DNA of 64,000 bases from the NCBI GenBank assembly GCA_023389315.1, contig JAEWEQ010000061.1, positions 3,811 through 67,810 of the forward strand, written 5' to 3'. The translations under genes and the position numbers were made by a program. The first letter of the stretch is position 1; each line of letters begins with the position of its first letter. Under the pieces are notes generated by a model. The model did no database searches. It was given only the letters and a program-made list of their open reading frames with translations, and was not told where the DNA came from. This stretch comes from Actinomycetes bacterium. GTDB taxonomy: Bacteria > Actinomycetota > Actinomycetes > Actinomycetales > Actinomycetaceae. This document shows positions 29,289 through 40,989 of this stretch, one piece after another.

Positions 29289-29825
29289 TTAATTTCCGAG
29301 GACGGGTGCCAGCTGCTTAATCATGCGGGTATTGCCCAAGGTGTTCGGCTTTACCGAAGCCAGATCCAGGAATTGTTTCACCCCATCATCGTGGGAGGCC
29401 AGCATCTGGGCGTAGACATCCACCCCCACCGCCATGCCTTCGATCGGTTCAAATCCGTGGCGAGCAAAGAAATCGACCTCAAACGTCAGGCAAAACACCC
29501 GCTGAAGTTCCAGCTGCCGCGCCCGGCTGAGCAGCGACGTCAGCAGCCGCGAGCCCACGCCGCACCCCCGCGCGCGGGGCGATACCGCCAAGGTGCGGAC
29601 CTCCCCAATGTCATCCCACAACACGTGCAGTGCGCCGCACCCGATGATGGTGGTGTCATCCTCCACCGCTACCAGGAACTCTTGCACGTCCTCGAAATAG
29701 GTAATAAGTTGCTTCTTCACCAAGATCCCCCGCTCCGCGTAGGGCTTGGTCAAGTCCGCGATGGCGCGCACATCCGCGGGCTTGGCGGCGCGGATACTCA
29801 CCCTGCCGCGCGCAGCGTCAACCAT
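29289..29825 (-). CDS. GNAT family N-acetyltransferase (short ArgA-like)
   Basis: The acetyl-CoA binding block is LAVSPRARGCGVGSRLLTSLLSRAR. The 178-aa size and the layout ...GILVKKQLITYFEDVQEFLVA... resemble the mycobacterial short N-acetylglutamate synthase. Confidence 0.75.
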   Translation of the reverse strand: MVDAARGRVSIRAAKPADVRAIADLTKPYAERGILVKKQLITYFEDVQEFLVAVEDDTTIIGCGALHVLWDDIGEVRTLAVSPRARGCGVGSRLLTSLLSRARQLELQRVFCLTFEVDFFARHGFEPIEGMAVGVDVYAQMLASHDDGVKQFLDLASVKPNTLGNTRMIKQLAPVLGN

Positions 29826-29834
29826 GGGGGTGCC

Positions 29835-30815
29835 TTACTTTTGTCGCGGCCGCATGCCGCAGGTACGCACTCGCTCCAACACCCGCCGTGCCGTGCGGTC
29901 ATCGATAATCAGGTCGGTCACCACTCCGGCGCGTAGCGCCCCGATCAACGGGATGGCTTTGGCTTCCCCCGCTACCACGCACAGGCGGCGCGGGATCTTC
30001 TTCAAAAGTTCCGGACTGGGGCCGGACGCGCGACGGTTGATGTCCATGTCTTCGTAGGACCCGTCCTCGCGAATCAAAACCGTGCAAATGTCGCCCACTA
30101 CCCCGTCGTTGCGCACCTGCTCAATATCTTCCGGATCCAGGTAGCCGCCGGAGTAAACGTGGGAGGGTAGCTCCCCTTCGAAGGCACCCACGCCGAAAAC
30201 CGCGATGTCGGCTTGCGAGATCAGCTGGAGTACCGACTTCACGGAGCGTTCGCGCCACAACGCTTTCTTGGTGTCCTCGTAGTCGAAGAAAGCGGGGACG
30301 GGGAAGTGCACCATGGTGGCGCCGAGGGCGTCTGCGGCCTGCGAAATGGTGGTGTCAATGTAGCGCACCCCGGTGCCGTGGGCCGAAGCCGCGCCGTTTA
30401 ACTGCACCACGGTGGTGTCGGATACTCCTACGGGGGGAATATGGCGGGTGACTTCCGCGGTGGTGTTACCCCAGGCGATCCCGATAGTGGTGCCGGGTTT
30501 GATCATGTCCAGTAGGCGTTCGGCAGCGACTTTAGCTACGTTATCGAGGCGGTTCACCCCGGTGTCGAAGTCCCGCACCCGCACCACCGTGGAGCGGATA
30601 TTGAAGATGCGGTTGAGTTCTCCCGCCAGGGTGCCGCGTTCGCCGGGGGCCGCAGCCACAGAGATGCGGACCAGCCCAGTTTCACGTGCGTAGGCAAGCA
30701 GTCGCGAAACAGAGGAGCGAGACACCCCCAGGTGGCGAGCGATGGTTTCCATCGTTTCGCCCTGGAGGTAGTACATAGAGGCGGCTTCGTGCGCGTCGTT
30801 ATCCCGTATGGTCAC
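29835..30815 (-). CDS. SorC family sugar-binding transcriptional regulator
   Basis: N-terminal HTH (MYYLQGETMETIARHLGVSRSSVSRLLAYARETGLVRI) followed by a sugar-phosphate binding domain (IGIAWGNTT...VVQLNGA). Divergent from glpK. Confidence 0.85.
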   Translation of the reverse strand: MTIRDNDAHEAASMYYLQGETMETIARHLGVSRSSVSRLLAYARETGLVRISVAAAPGERGTLAGELNRIFNIRSTVVRVRDFDTGVNRLDNVAKVAAERLLDMIKPGTTIGIAWGNTTAEVTRHIPPVGVSDTTVVQLNGAASAHGTGVRYIDTTISQAADALGATMVHFPVPAFFDYEDTKKALWRERSVKSVLQLISQADIAVFGVGAFEGELPSHVYSGGYLDPEDIEQVRNDGVVGDICTVLIREDGSYEDMDINRRASGPSPELLKKIPRRLCVVAGEAKAIPLIGALRAGVVTDLIIDDRTARRVLERVRTCGMRPRQK

Positions 30816-31023
30816 AGTTCATAGTGTGCCATGCACGCCCGTTCAATTCATCTTAGTCGGCGCTCAACAATGCAAGCTAGCCCACAAAATAGATATTGAA
30901 CCGGTAAGCTGGTCGTGATGTTTGCGCCATCCAGCGCACCCTGCATCTGGGCACCGAACACCAACAAATAACCAGCCCGGGGACTCCACCAGGGACACTC
31001 ACACAAGGAAGTGGAAGGAAAAT

Positions 31024-32550
<1,527 letters not shown>

Positions 32551-32656
32551 ATAGCAGCCGGTCTGACCGCAGCCACTAATCCCATCCGCTGCTGACGCCC
32601 TCAGGCATTAGCAGGCAGGCGCGTGCGGTTGCTGGTAGGCACGGATCGCGACAACC

Positions 32657-32696
32657 CCCCGGGGTGGTTCCACTGGAGCCACCCCGGGGCTCATTT
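32657..32696 (+). terminator. hairpin terminator after glpK
   Basis: Arms CCCCGGGGTGG (32657-32667) and CCACCCCGGGG (32679-32689), with additional inner TCCA/TGGA pairing, followed by CTCATTTG. Confidence 0.6.
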
Positions 32697-32712
32697 GCGC
32701 GCAGGATGTCCG

Positions 32713-32804
32713 GCCCGGTTGCGGTGGGGCGGCGCTGACCAGCGTTTGTGGCCCCGGGTATATCCGCCCGGTTGCGGTGCGGCGGCGCTGACCAGCGTTT
32801 GTGG
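32713..32804. repeat. 39-bp direct duplication (1 mismatch), copies 53 bp apart start to start
   Basis: GCCCGGTTGCGGTGGGGCGGCGCTGACCAGCGTTTGTGG occurs at 32713-32751. The same sequence with one G-to-C change occurs at 32766-32804. Confidence 0.85.
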
Positions 32805-33276
32805 AGGGCATCGTCGAGTCCGACACCTGCGAGCGGGGCGCAGATTCCAGCCCGCGCCCCCGTTCTACCTCGCGTTCACCCTCGCCGGCGGAAGCTGTTT
32901 TCCGGGTCGCCACCTACCCAACGACCTGCATTTTCAGCACGAGAACGTGACGTTATTGACCTTGTCACCCCCGCCCCCGCCCTCGCAAAAGGAAAAGCAC
33001 ACCGCGTCAGAAAACTCGGGCGACCCCCGCTGACTGTTACCAAAGGCCCAAATTTGGCCCCAAAACTGTTGGGCACGCGGCGCTTTATTGCACGGATTCC
33101 CAAGGGGTAACAAGCGCCTTGGAAATCGGGATAAGTCGGGGCAAGCGCCGTTTTTGAGCCATAGGCTTTAGATAAGCACGTGCACGAATGTGCACCCCCA
33201 CTTGCACCACAGCGCTGCGCTGTGTCGCCGTTCACTAACGGCGGCGCACGCATCTGGACACGAAGCAGGAGCAGTG

Positions 33277-34869
33277 ATGAAGAAACTACAAACCGATGTA
33301 GTTGTCATCGGCGGTGGAGCCACCGGCGTAGGTGTACTCCGCGACCTAGTAATGCGTGGCTTTGACGCCATCCTCTTAGAACGAGCCGACCTCGGCCAAG
33401 GCACCACCGGCCGCTACCACGGCCTCCTCCACTCCGGGGGACGCTACGTGGTCTCCGACCCCCGATCCGCCACCGAGTGCGCAGAAGAAAACGAGATCAT
33501 CACCAACCTCCACCCCGACGCGGTGGAAGACACCGGGGGCCTATTCGTAGTCACCCCCGAAGATGACCCCGCTTTTGGCGACGAGTTCCTCAAAGGCGCG
33601 CACGCCACCGGCGTGTGGACAGAAGAAATCTCCCCCGCCGAAGCCCTGCAACTGGAACCGCGCCTGAACCCCGGCATCAAACGCGCCTTCAAGGTGCTGG
33701 ATAAAACCGTGGACGGTTGGGCCATGCTTTGGGGCGCGGTGCGCTCGGCGAAAGCCCACGGCGGGCAGGTACTGACCTATCACCGCGTCGACGACATCGT
33801 GGTGGAAAATGGGCGAGTGGTGGCCGTCAAAGCCCACGGCACGAAGACCGGTGAGGACGTCCTCGTCGAATGTCGCTTCGCCATCAACGCTGGCGGCCCC
33901 TGGTCCGGACAGATCGCCGCCCTCGCCGGCGCCCACGACGTGGACGTGGTACCCGGCCGCGGCATCATGATCGCCATGAACCACCGCCTAGTGAACCGCG
34001 TGGTGAACCGCTGCATTTACCCCGCCGACGGTGACATTATCGTGCCGGTACACACCGTTTGCATTATCGGCACCACCGACGTGAAGGTCGACGACCCTGA
34101 CCACTTGGAAATCCCCCGCAACGAAGTGCAGCAAATGCTGGACGCCGGCGAAGCCCTCATTCCTGGCTTCCGTCAAGCGCGCGCCGTGCACGCCTGGGCG
34201 GGGGCCCGCCCACTGGTCAAAGACAAGCGCGTGTCGGCCACCGACACCCGCCACATGTCTCGCGGCATGTCGATCATCGACCACCAGGCGCGCGACGAAA
34301 TCAGCGGCCTACTCACCATCGCCGGCGGTAAGCTCACCACCTACCGCCTGATGGCCAAGAACACGGTGGACGTCATGTGTGACCAGATGGGTGAGCAACG
34401 CCGCTGCCGCACCACTGAAGAAATCATGCCCGGCACCGAGCGCGGCCATAACTACACCGTCACCCACCGCTTGCACGAGCGAGAAGAAGATCGCTTCGAT
34501 TCCCAGATCGTATGTGAGTGTGAGCTGATGAACCGGCGCATGTTTACCCAGTTGCTGGATGCCCAACCCAACGCCACCTTCGACGACCTGCGCCGTCAAC
34601 TGCGCCTGGGCATGGGCCCGTGCCAGGGTGGCTTCTGCTCCCTGCGCGCCGCCGGCATCACCCAGCAGATCGGGCGCGGCACTTCCGCTGAAGCCACCGA
34701 GCTGATGCGCCTGTTCCTGAAGAACCGTTGGATTGGCCTGTGGCCCATCCTCTACGGGCGTCAAGTGCAGCAAACCGCGTTGGATGACTGGATTTTCCAA
34801 GGCATCCTGGACATTGAGCACGTTCCCGTCACCGACGATAAAGACGTTAAGAGTAAGGCGGTCCGATGA
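33277..34869 (+). CDS. glpA: anaerobic glycerol-3-phosphate dehydrogenase subunit A
   Basis: ORF trimmed to the ATG at 33277 after AGGAGCAG. FAD fold DVVVIGGGATGVG. The C-terminal BFD-like [2Fe-2S] region reads CECELM...CQGGFC. ATGA overlap with glpB. Confidence 0.9.
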   Translation: MKKLQTDVVVIGGGATGVGVLRDLVMRGFDAILLERADLGQGTTGRYHGLLHSGGRYVVSDPRSATECAEENEIITNLHPDAVEDTGGLFVVTPEDDPAFGDEFLKGAHATGVWTEEISPAEALQLEPRLNPGIKRAFKVLDKTVDGWAMLWGAVRSAKAHGGQVLTYHRVDDIVVENGRVVAVKAHGTKTGEDVLVECRFAINAGGPWSGQIAALAGAHDVDVVPGRGIMIAMNHRLVNRVVNRCIYPADGDIIVPVHTVCIIGTTDVKVDDPDHLEIPRNEVQQMLDAGEALIPGFRQARAVHAWAGARPLVKDKRVSATDTRHMSRGMSIIDHQARDEISGLLTIAGGKLTTYRLMAKNTVDVMCDQMGEQRRCRTTEEIMPGTERGHNYTVTHRLHEREEDRFDSQIVCECELMNRRMFTQLLDAQPNATFDDLRRQLRLGMGPCQGGFCSLRAAGITQQIGRGTSAEATELMRLFLKNRWIGLWPILYGRQVQQTALDDWIFQGILDIEHVPVTDDKDVKSKAVR

Positions 34870-36134
34870 AATCCACGGTAGTTATTGGCGCCGGCATCGC
34901 CGGCCTCACCGCAGCGCTGCGCCTGCACGAGCTGGGCCACCGCGTCACCTTGATCAGTAAAGGTATCGGCGGGCTACAACTAAGCCAAGGCACCATCGAC
35001 GTCCTCGGCTATCAGCCCGACCGGGTGCGCCGCCCCCTGGACACCATTTCCAAGGGCGAGTACGAAACCGACAGTCCCGAAGGCAAGCACCCTTATGCAG
35101 TGACCGGCGCGGATCCGGTTCGCCGCGGGGTGGAATACCTGGCGCAGCTACTGGGTGAGGAATATTTGGTTGGCAACGTGGAAGAAAACGTGCTGCTACC
35201 CACCGCGGTGGGAGCCATGCGCCCCACCTGCCTGGCGCAGCCGTCTATGATGAACGGCGATTGTGCGCGCGGCAACCGGTTCCTGATTGTGGGGATCCGC
35301 CAGCTGAAGGACTTCTACCCGCAGCTGGTGGCCGACAACCTGGAGCGCACCACCTTGGAGTGGGGCACCAGCCCGAAAGCGCGTGCCACCATGATTGATT
35401 TCGAGGTGCGTCCCGGTGAAGTTGACTCCTCCGCCCTGGTTTTCGCCCGCGCCTTAGAGGACGAGGACGTGTTGCAGGCTTTCGCCCGCACCATCCGCCC
35501 CCACGTCAAAGCCGGTGAAACCGTGGGTCTACCCGCCGTGCTGGGAGTTAATGGGTCGGGCGTGTGGCGCCGTTTCCAGGAGATCTTGGGACACCCGGTG
35601 TTCGAGATCCCACTGCCCCCGCCCTCGGTCCCCGGTATGCGACTGAACCAGGCGCTCACCCAAAAGGTGAAGGATGCGCGCATCCGCTTCATGCTGGGCA
35701 CAGAGGTGACCGGCGTGGACACTGACGGCAACCACGTTACCCACGTGATTGCCGCAACCGCGGGCCGCGACCGCCACATTGAAGCGGACTACGTGGTGCT
35801 GGCCGGTGGCGGTTTCGAATCGGGCGCCTTAACGATGGACTCCTACGGGAAGGTTTATGAGCGGGCCCTGGATCTGCCGGTTACCGGCGGGGAGCTGCCT
35901 GACCTGATCCACGGTGACTACTGGGGGGATCAGCAAGCCCTGTTCCGCGTCGGTGTGGCCGTCGATGAACAGATGCGGCCGCTGAATCGCGGCGGCAACG
36001 TGGTCTACGACAATGTGCGTGTGATCGGTGGCGCGGTCGCCGGAGCCATGCGCTGGCAAGAGAAATCCGGGGAAGGTATCGCCTTGGGAACCATGATCGC
36101 GGCAACAGACTCAATCGGAGGTAATCATGAGTGA
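34866..36134 (+). CDS. glpB: anaerobic glycerol-3-phosphate dehydrogenase subunit B
   Basis: MKSTVVIGAGIAGLTAALRLHELGHRVTLISKGIGGLQLSQGTIDVLGY matches the GlpB N-terminus. The gene is sandwiched between glpA and glpC with overlapping stops and starts. Confidence 0.85.
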   Translation: MKSTVVIGAGIAGLTAALRLHELGHRVTLISKGIGGLQLSQGTIDVLGYQPDRVRRPLDTISKGEYETDSPEGKHPYAVTGADPVRRGVEYLAQLLGEEYLVGNVEENVLLPTAVGAMRPTCLAQPSMMNGDCARGNRFLIVGIRQLKDFYPQLVADNLERTTLEWGTSPKARATMIDFEVRPGEVDSSALVFARALEDEDVLQAFARTIRPHVKAGETVGLPAVLGVNGSGVWRRFQEILGHPVFEIPLPPPSVPGMRLNQALTQKVKDARIRFMLGTEVTGVDTDGNHVTHVIAATAGRDRHIEADYVVLAGGGFESGALTMDSYGKVYERALDLPVTGGELPDLIHGDYWGDQQALFRVGVAVDEQMRPLNRGGNVVYDNVRVIGGAVAGAMRWQEKSGEGIALGTMIAATDSIGGNHE

Positions 36135-37422
36135 CGCTTTAGAGTACGCGCGCCAGAACCTCGCTCGCGCGACCCTAGATAACTGCGTTAAATGCACCAT
36201 CTGTGAAACCCAGTGCCCGGTGGCGCGAGTGACCCCACTGTTCCCCGGCCCGAAGTTCGTCGGCCCGCAAGCTGAACGCTTCCGCCACGGCAAGTCAGTG
36301 GACCACTCCTTGGATTACTGCTCCGGCTGCGGTATCTGCACCATGGTGTGTCCGCAAGGGGTGAAGATCGCGGAGATCAACGCCCAGGCCCGCGCGGTAA
36401 TGAAAGCCCAAAAGGGTGTGCCGGTACGTGACCGCCTAATCACCCAGACTACGCTGATGGGTAAGGCGATGACCCCGATGGCGCCGATCGCTAATACCGC
36501 ACTGGGTATTAAGCCGCTGCGCATGGTGATTGACGCGGTGATGGGGATCGATAAGGATGCGCCCATGCCGCGCGCCCAGTCGCAGACCCTGCGCGGGTGG
36601 TTGAAGAAGCGTCCCGCCCCCGCTAAGCCTGCCACCCGCGGCACGGTGGTGTTCTTCCACGGGTGTGCCGGTGGCTACTTCGAGGTGCAAACCTCTAAGC
36701 ACACTATTGAAGTGCTAGAGCACATCGGCTACGAAGTCCTGGTCCCCCCGCAGGGGTGCTGTGGTTTGGCGGAGCAGTCCAACGGGTTGTTTGATGGCGC
36801 CACGAAGAAGGTTTTGAAACTGTGTGATGACCTGCTGGCGGCCGGTGAGGACCTGACGGTGGTGTCGTCCTCGGGATCGTGCGCTGGCATGCTCAAGCAT
36901 GAGGCGCACGAGATCATGGGACTGTCCGACCCGCGCTTGAAGAAGGTGGGGACCCGCACGGTGGAGACGTCGGAGTTCTTGCTGGACCTGTACTACCGGG
37001 GCGAGCTGCCCACTGATTTCCGCCGCCTGGACATCACTATCCCCTACCACCAGCCGTGCCAGGTGAAGAGCCAAGGCATGGGCATGCCGGCAGTGGAGTT
37101 GATGGAATTGGTGCCGGGCGTGACGGTGGTGGAGTCGGGCCAACCGTGTTGTGGTATCGCCGGTACCTACGGGCTCAAGAGCGAAAAGCGCGACATCGCC
37201 GAAGCCGTCGGTAAGCCGCTGTTTGAGATGATTCAGCGCACCAACCCTGAGCTGGCGGCCTGTGATACGGAAACTTGCCGTTGGCAGATTTCCAAGGGGT
37301 CTGGCGCGAAGATGATTCACCCGATTTCGCTGCTGCACTGGGCGTACGGTCTCAGCGATGATCTGATGGAAGCGGCCCTGGATGCGAACGAGGACGTGGA
37401 GGAAGTAGCCACCAGAAGGTAG
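36127..37422 (+). CDS. glpC: anaerobic glycerol-3-phosphate dehydrogenase subunit C
   Basis: Two 4Fe-4S motifs (CVKCTICETQCP and CSGCGICTMVCP) plus CCG domains (GCCG, PCCG). Confidence 0.9.
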   Translation: MSDALEYARQNLARATLDNCVKCTICETQCPVARVTPLFPGPKFVGPQAERFRHGKSVDHSLDYCSGCGICTMVCPQGVKIAEINAQARAVMKAQKGVPVRDRLITQTTLMGKAMTPMAPIANTALGIKPLRMVIDAVMGIDKDAPMPRAQSQTLRGWLKKRPAPAKPATRGTVVFFHGCAGGYFEVQTSKHTIEVLEHIGYEVLVPPQGCCGLAEQSNGLFDGATKKVLKLCDDLLAAGEDLTVVSSSGSCAGMLKHEAHEIMGLSDPRLKKVGTRTVETSEFLLDLYYRGELPTDFRRLDITIPYHQPCQVKSQGMGMPAVELMELVPGVTVVESGQPCCGIAGTYGLKSEKRDIAEAVGKPLFEMIQRTNPELAACDTETCRWQISKGSGAKMIHPISLLHWAYGLSDDLMEAALDANEDVEEVATRR

Positions 37423-37517
37423 TTCGCACCGGGCACCGGTAGTTCGTCAGAACCGCCGGTAGTGGGCGCAGGCACCAGTACCAGGCCCCGGGCACCAGTA
37501 CTGGGCACCAATTAGAA

Positions 37518-37560
37518 AGGTCGGCCACCTAGTCGAAAGACCAGGTGGCCGACCTCTTTG
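37518..37560 (+). terminator. intrinsic terminator after glpC
   Basis: Perfect 13-bp stem: AGGTCGGCCACCT (37518-37530) and AGGTGGCCGACCT (37543-37555), followed by CTTTG. Confidence 0.7.
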
Positions 37561-37766
37561 CCACCCAAATGCGAGGGCTCCTAGCGCCGAAAAACCGCTG
37601 GAGAGAGAGGCAACTAGAGGGCCGCTCCGCCTTGGGGGCAAGTCTGTGGTTGTGAATCTACGGGCCGCGACCATGCAAGGTCAGGTGGGCCGGTGCTGGC
37701 GGTGAGCCTGTCAGCTAGTGACAAACTGTGTCGCCACGCTACCGCCCCCCCCCCCGTCAAGCGGGG

Positions 37767-38417
37767 TTAGTCCTCCCGTCCCGGCTGTTTGCCGTAATCA
37801 GCCATACCGGCTTTAGCGTTTTCCATCTGCTCTTGCGACAGCAAAGCAATCGGGGCGCCGGTTCCCATGGCACGCAGGTGGATTTCACACACGTACTCCA
37901 AAATCGGCAGCATATTCACCGCTTTAGTGGCGCTCGGACCAATGGTGATGGCCCCGTGGTTCTTCATCAAAGCACCGGTACGGTCGCGCAGCGCTTCGGT
38001 TACGAACTTCGCCAAATCATCGGAACCGAACCCGGCGTAGGGAGCCACCCGGATGGGGCCACCGAACATCGCGCAATAGTAGTGCGAAGTGGGGATCTCG
38101 TCGACCACCAGGCCCAGGGCGGTGGAGGCGGGAGCATGATTGTGGGTGATGGCCTTGGCGTCGGTGGCGTGGTAAACACTCAGGTGCAAAGGTAATTCCG
38201 AGGACGGTTTCAACTGTCCTTCCACGTGGTTACCGTCCATGTCGTAGACCACCACGTCCTCGGCGGTCATAGTTTCGTAAGGCACGCCGGAGGGGGAAAT
38301 GGCCACCAGGTCGCCCTCGCGAATGGAGACGTTGCCGGCGGTGCCGACGATCAACCCTTCGCGCTGCATGAACAGGCAGGTATCTACGATCTCTTGACGT
38401 TGCTCAGGTAGTAACAT
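37767..38417 (-). CDS. class II aldolase/adducin-fold protein (FucA/AraD/OtnC-like)
   Basis: GNVSIREGDLVAISPSG and the His cluster (AITHNHAPASTAL ... HYYCAMFGG) are typical of the class II aldolase fold. 216 aa. Confidence 0.85.
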   Translation of the reverse strand: MLLPEQRQEIVDTCLFMQREGLIVGTAGNVSIREGDLVAISPSGVPYETMTAEDVVVYDMDGNHVEGQLKPSSELPLHLSVYHATDAKAITHNHAPASTALGLVVDEIPTSHYYCAMFGGPIRVAPYAGFGSDDLAKFVTEALRDRTGALMKNHGAITIGPSATKAVNMLPILEYVCEIHLRAMGTGAPIALLSQEQMENAKAGMADYGKQPGRED

Positions 38418-38426
38418 GACTGCTCC

Positions 38427-39464
38427 TTATTTCTTTTCATCCCACACTTGTGGGTTAGCTAAATGGGTGGGGCGCTGCCCGCGCAAGAATGCGGCAATGT
38501 CGGCCGCCCCGATGCGGGCCGCCAAGCGGGAGGCTTCCTTCGAAGCGCCCGCCAAGTGCGGGGTGAAGGTCACGCGCGGGGCACTCATCAGACGGTGGTC
38601 GGCCGGGAGGGGTTCTTCGGGGAGGCAATCGAAAGCGGCGGCGAATAAGTGGCCACTTTCGAGGGCGTCACACACCGCGTCGTAATCCACCAAGGAACCG
38701 CGAGCGCAGTTCACCAGGATCGAATTCGCCGGCAGCTTGGCAATCGCTTCGGCATTAATCAGGTGCTGGTTTTCCGCGGTGGCACGCGCATGGAGGGTGA
38801 GGATGTCGCTACCGGCTAACAGTTCGTCCAGGTCCTGCACGAAGCGAATATTTTCCGCACCGCTGCGGTCCTTCGCCCACGGGTCGTATACCAGTACTTC
38901 ACCGCCGAAGGACGCCATAATGTTGGCTACCTTCGCTCCTACCGCGCCGTAGCCTATCACTCCCACAGTGGAGGAACCGATTTCGGGCCCGACGTTGTCG
39001 AAGATGTAGTAGTCCGAGCGCCACTGTCCGCCCACCACTTCTTGGTGACGTTGGGGGATTTGGCGGGCGGCCGCCAGGATCATCCCCACGGTGTGTTCGG
39101 CGGTGGCGGTGGCGTTGCGCCCCGGAGTGTAGGACACCAAGATCCCGCGGGCGGTGGCTGCGTCGATGTTGACGTTCACCGGTCCGCCGCGGCAAATGGT
39201 GATCAGCCGCAGGTCGGGGCAGGCGTCCATGACTTTCTCGGTGAAAGGGAAAGTGTGGGAGAACGCGACTTCGCAGCCTTGCAGGGCGGCGATCAGTTCG
39301 TCCTCGTCCCCTAACGCTTCTTTAACTTCGGCCACGTCGTGGAAGGGTGGCACCGGCCAGGTGGAAGCCAGGTGCGCCATTTCCACGTCCGGTGCTTGCG
39401 CGGTGAGGGCTTCGCGCATGACGTCGTCGGTGAGGAAACCGTCGGAGGCTAGTAGTACTCGCAT
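38427..39464 (-). CDS. D-isomer-specific 2-hydroxyacid dehydrogenase family protein
   Basis: NAD fold VGVIGYGAVGAKVA, catalytic region LVNCARGSLVD, and a late His in FTPHLAGAS. Confidence 0.85.
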   Translation of the reverse strand: MRVLLASDGFLTDDVMREALTAQAPDVEMAHLASTWPVPPFHDVAEVKEALGDEDELIAALQGCEVAFSHTFPFTEKVMDACPDLRLITICRGGPVNVNIDAATARGILVSYTPGRNATATAEHTVGMILAAARQIPQRHQEVVGGQWRSDYYIFDNVGPEIGSSTVGVIGYGAVGAKVANIMASFGGEVLVYDPWAKDRSGAENIRFVQDLDELLAGSDILTLHARATAENQHLINAEAIAKLPANSILVNCARGSLVDYDAVCDALESGHLFAAAFDCLPEEPLPADHRLMSAPRVTFTPHLAGASKEASRLAARIGAADIAAFLRGQRPTHLANPQVWDEKK

Positions 39465-39477
39465 GGGCTGATTACTC

Positions 39478-40989
39478 CTACTGGGTTACGGCTTTGCGTA
39501 GTTCACGCATCTGCTTCCACACCGGTTGGATGGCTTCGCGGGTAGCGATGAAGATCCGGTGGGTGAGGTCGTAGATTTCCCGGTTCTCGGGGTTCGGTTC
39601 GAAGGTCGCCATGGAGGTACCCAACGCTTGGGCCGCTTCCTGAATGGTGGGGAAACGCCCAGCGGATACCAGGGCGAGGACAGCCGCCCCACGCGCCCCC
39701 GCTTCGGGAGCGTCTTGGCGGATCACGCGTTTGCCGGTGGCGTCGGCCAGGATTTCGCACAGCAGGTCGGAGCGGAAACCACCACCGGAAACCACCAGGT
39801 CAGTTTCCACTTCCAGGGCGTTCACGCATTCAACCAGGGAGAAGGCCACGCCCTCGTAAACTGACCGCAGGATGTCTTCGCGCGCCGAGGTCAGCGACAT
39901 GCCCTGCCAAGAAGCCGAAGCGTTGGTGTCCAAGAAGGGGGCGCGTTCCCCTCCAGGGGAAGCGTAGGGCAGGTAAATTACGCCGCGCGAACCCGGTTTG
40001 GCTTTGCGGGCTTGGGCTTCGATGGCAGACCAGTCTTCGTCCTCCAAACCCAGGGTGCGCCGGATCCAATCCAGGTTGGGGGTGCCGGTCATGGGCGCCA
40101 TGAACTCCAGCACCTGGGTGCCGTTACCGGTGGCGAGCACCATCGACAGGTCAGATTTACGCTCTGCCACTGACGGCAGCAGGGTGCCGACGAAACCCGT
40201 GGTTCCCAGAATCAGCCAGGTGGCGTTGTCTTCGATGGCTCCCAGGCCCATACCGGTGACGGCCACGTCGATCATGCCCACCCCGACGGGTGTGCCAGCG
40301 GGGATGCCGGTGCGCTGGGCCGCTTCTTCACTCAGCGGGCTGGCCGGTCCGTCGGCGTGGCGGATTTCGGGCAGCAGCCGCAGGGTGTCTTCCAGTCCGA
40401 GGTCGGTGGCCAGGTCGGCACAGAAGCCGGAGGCGTCACGCACGTCCAGGAAGGAGCGGGAGGCTTCGGTGTAGTCGGTGGCGCGCACGCCGGTGAGTTT
40501 GAAGCGGATCCAGTCTTTACAGTTCAGGTGGGTGGCGGCGCGCTCGACCGCTTCGGGTTGGGTTTCTTTGAGTTCTTCGATGAGGACGGGGAATAGCCCA
40601 CCGAAAACGGTGGTGCCGGTGACGTCTAGGACTTTGCGGCCGCGCCCGTCCACTTCCCAGGCGTTGACGCGGTCGGCGGCGCGACCGTCGAGCCAGTTGG
40701 CGGCGGGCCGGGTGGGTTTGCCTTCGGTGTCGATCAGCCAGGCGCCGTCTCCTTGGCCGGTTAGACCGATTCCCACCACATTGGTATCAGGTAGTTGAGC
40801 TCTTACCTGAGTGAGGCAGTCTGCGACTGCTTCCCAGATTAGCTCCATGTCTTGTTCGGCTTCTCCATTGTCCCCATACTGTACGGGTACGGATGCGTGG
40901 TGGGTGGCTTGGATCTGTCCATCCAGGTTGAAGGCAACGGCTTTTACCGCGGTAGTACCGCCATCGATACCGATAACGATGTCGCTCAC
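39478..40989 (-). CDS. FGGY family carbohydrate kinase
   Basis: The N-terminus IVIGIDGGTTAVKAVAF and the C-terminal GGGFRSDLLCEILADATGKRV are FGGY signatures. GTG start after GAGGAG. Confidence 0.85.
   Translation of the reverse strand: MSDIVIGIDGGTTAVKAVAFNLDGQIQATHHASVPVQYGDNGEAEQDMELIWEAVADCLTQVRAQLPDTNVVGIGLTGQGDGAWLIDTEGKPTRPAANWLDGRAADRVNAWEVDGRGRKVLDVTGTTVFGGLFPVLIEELKETQPEAVERAATHLNCKDWIRFKLTGVRATDYTEASRSFLDVRDASGFCADLATDLGLEDTLRLLPEIRHADGPASPLSEEAAQRTGIPAGTPVGVGMIDVAVTGMGLGAIEDNATWLILGTTGFVGTLLPSVAERKSDLSMVLATGNGTQVLEFMAPMTGTPNLDWIRRTLGLEDEDWSAIEAQARKAKPGSRGVIYLPYASPGGERAPFLDTNASASWQGMSLTSAREDILRSVYEGVAFSLVECVNALEVETDLVVSGGGFRSDLLCEILADATGKRVIRQDAPEAGARGAAVLALVSAGRFPTIQEAAQALGTSMATFEPNPENREIYDLTHRIFIATREAIQPVWKQMRELRKAVTQ

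Noticed and set aside
32623-33253. ORFs of 101-136 aa in the glpK-glpA spacer (possible degraded glpF)
   Set aside because: The translations show no MIP-family NPA motifs or TM helices. They are Arg/Pro/Gly-rich and mutually overlapping. I treat them as non-coding.
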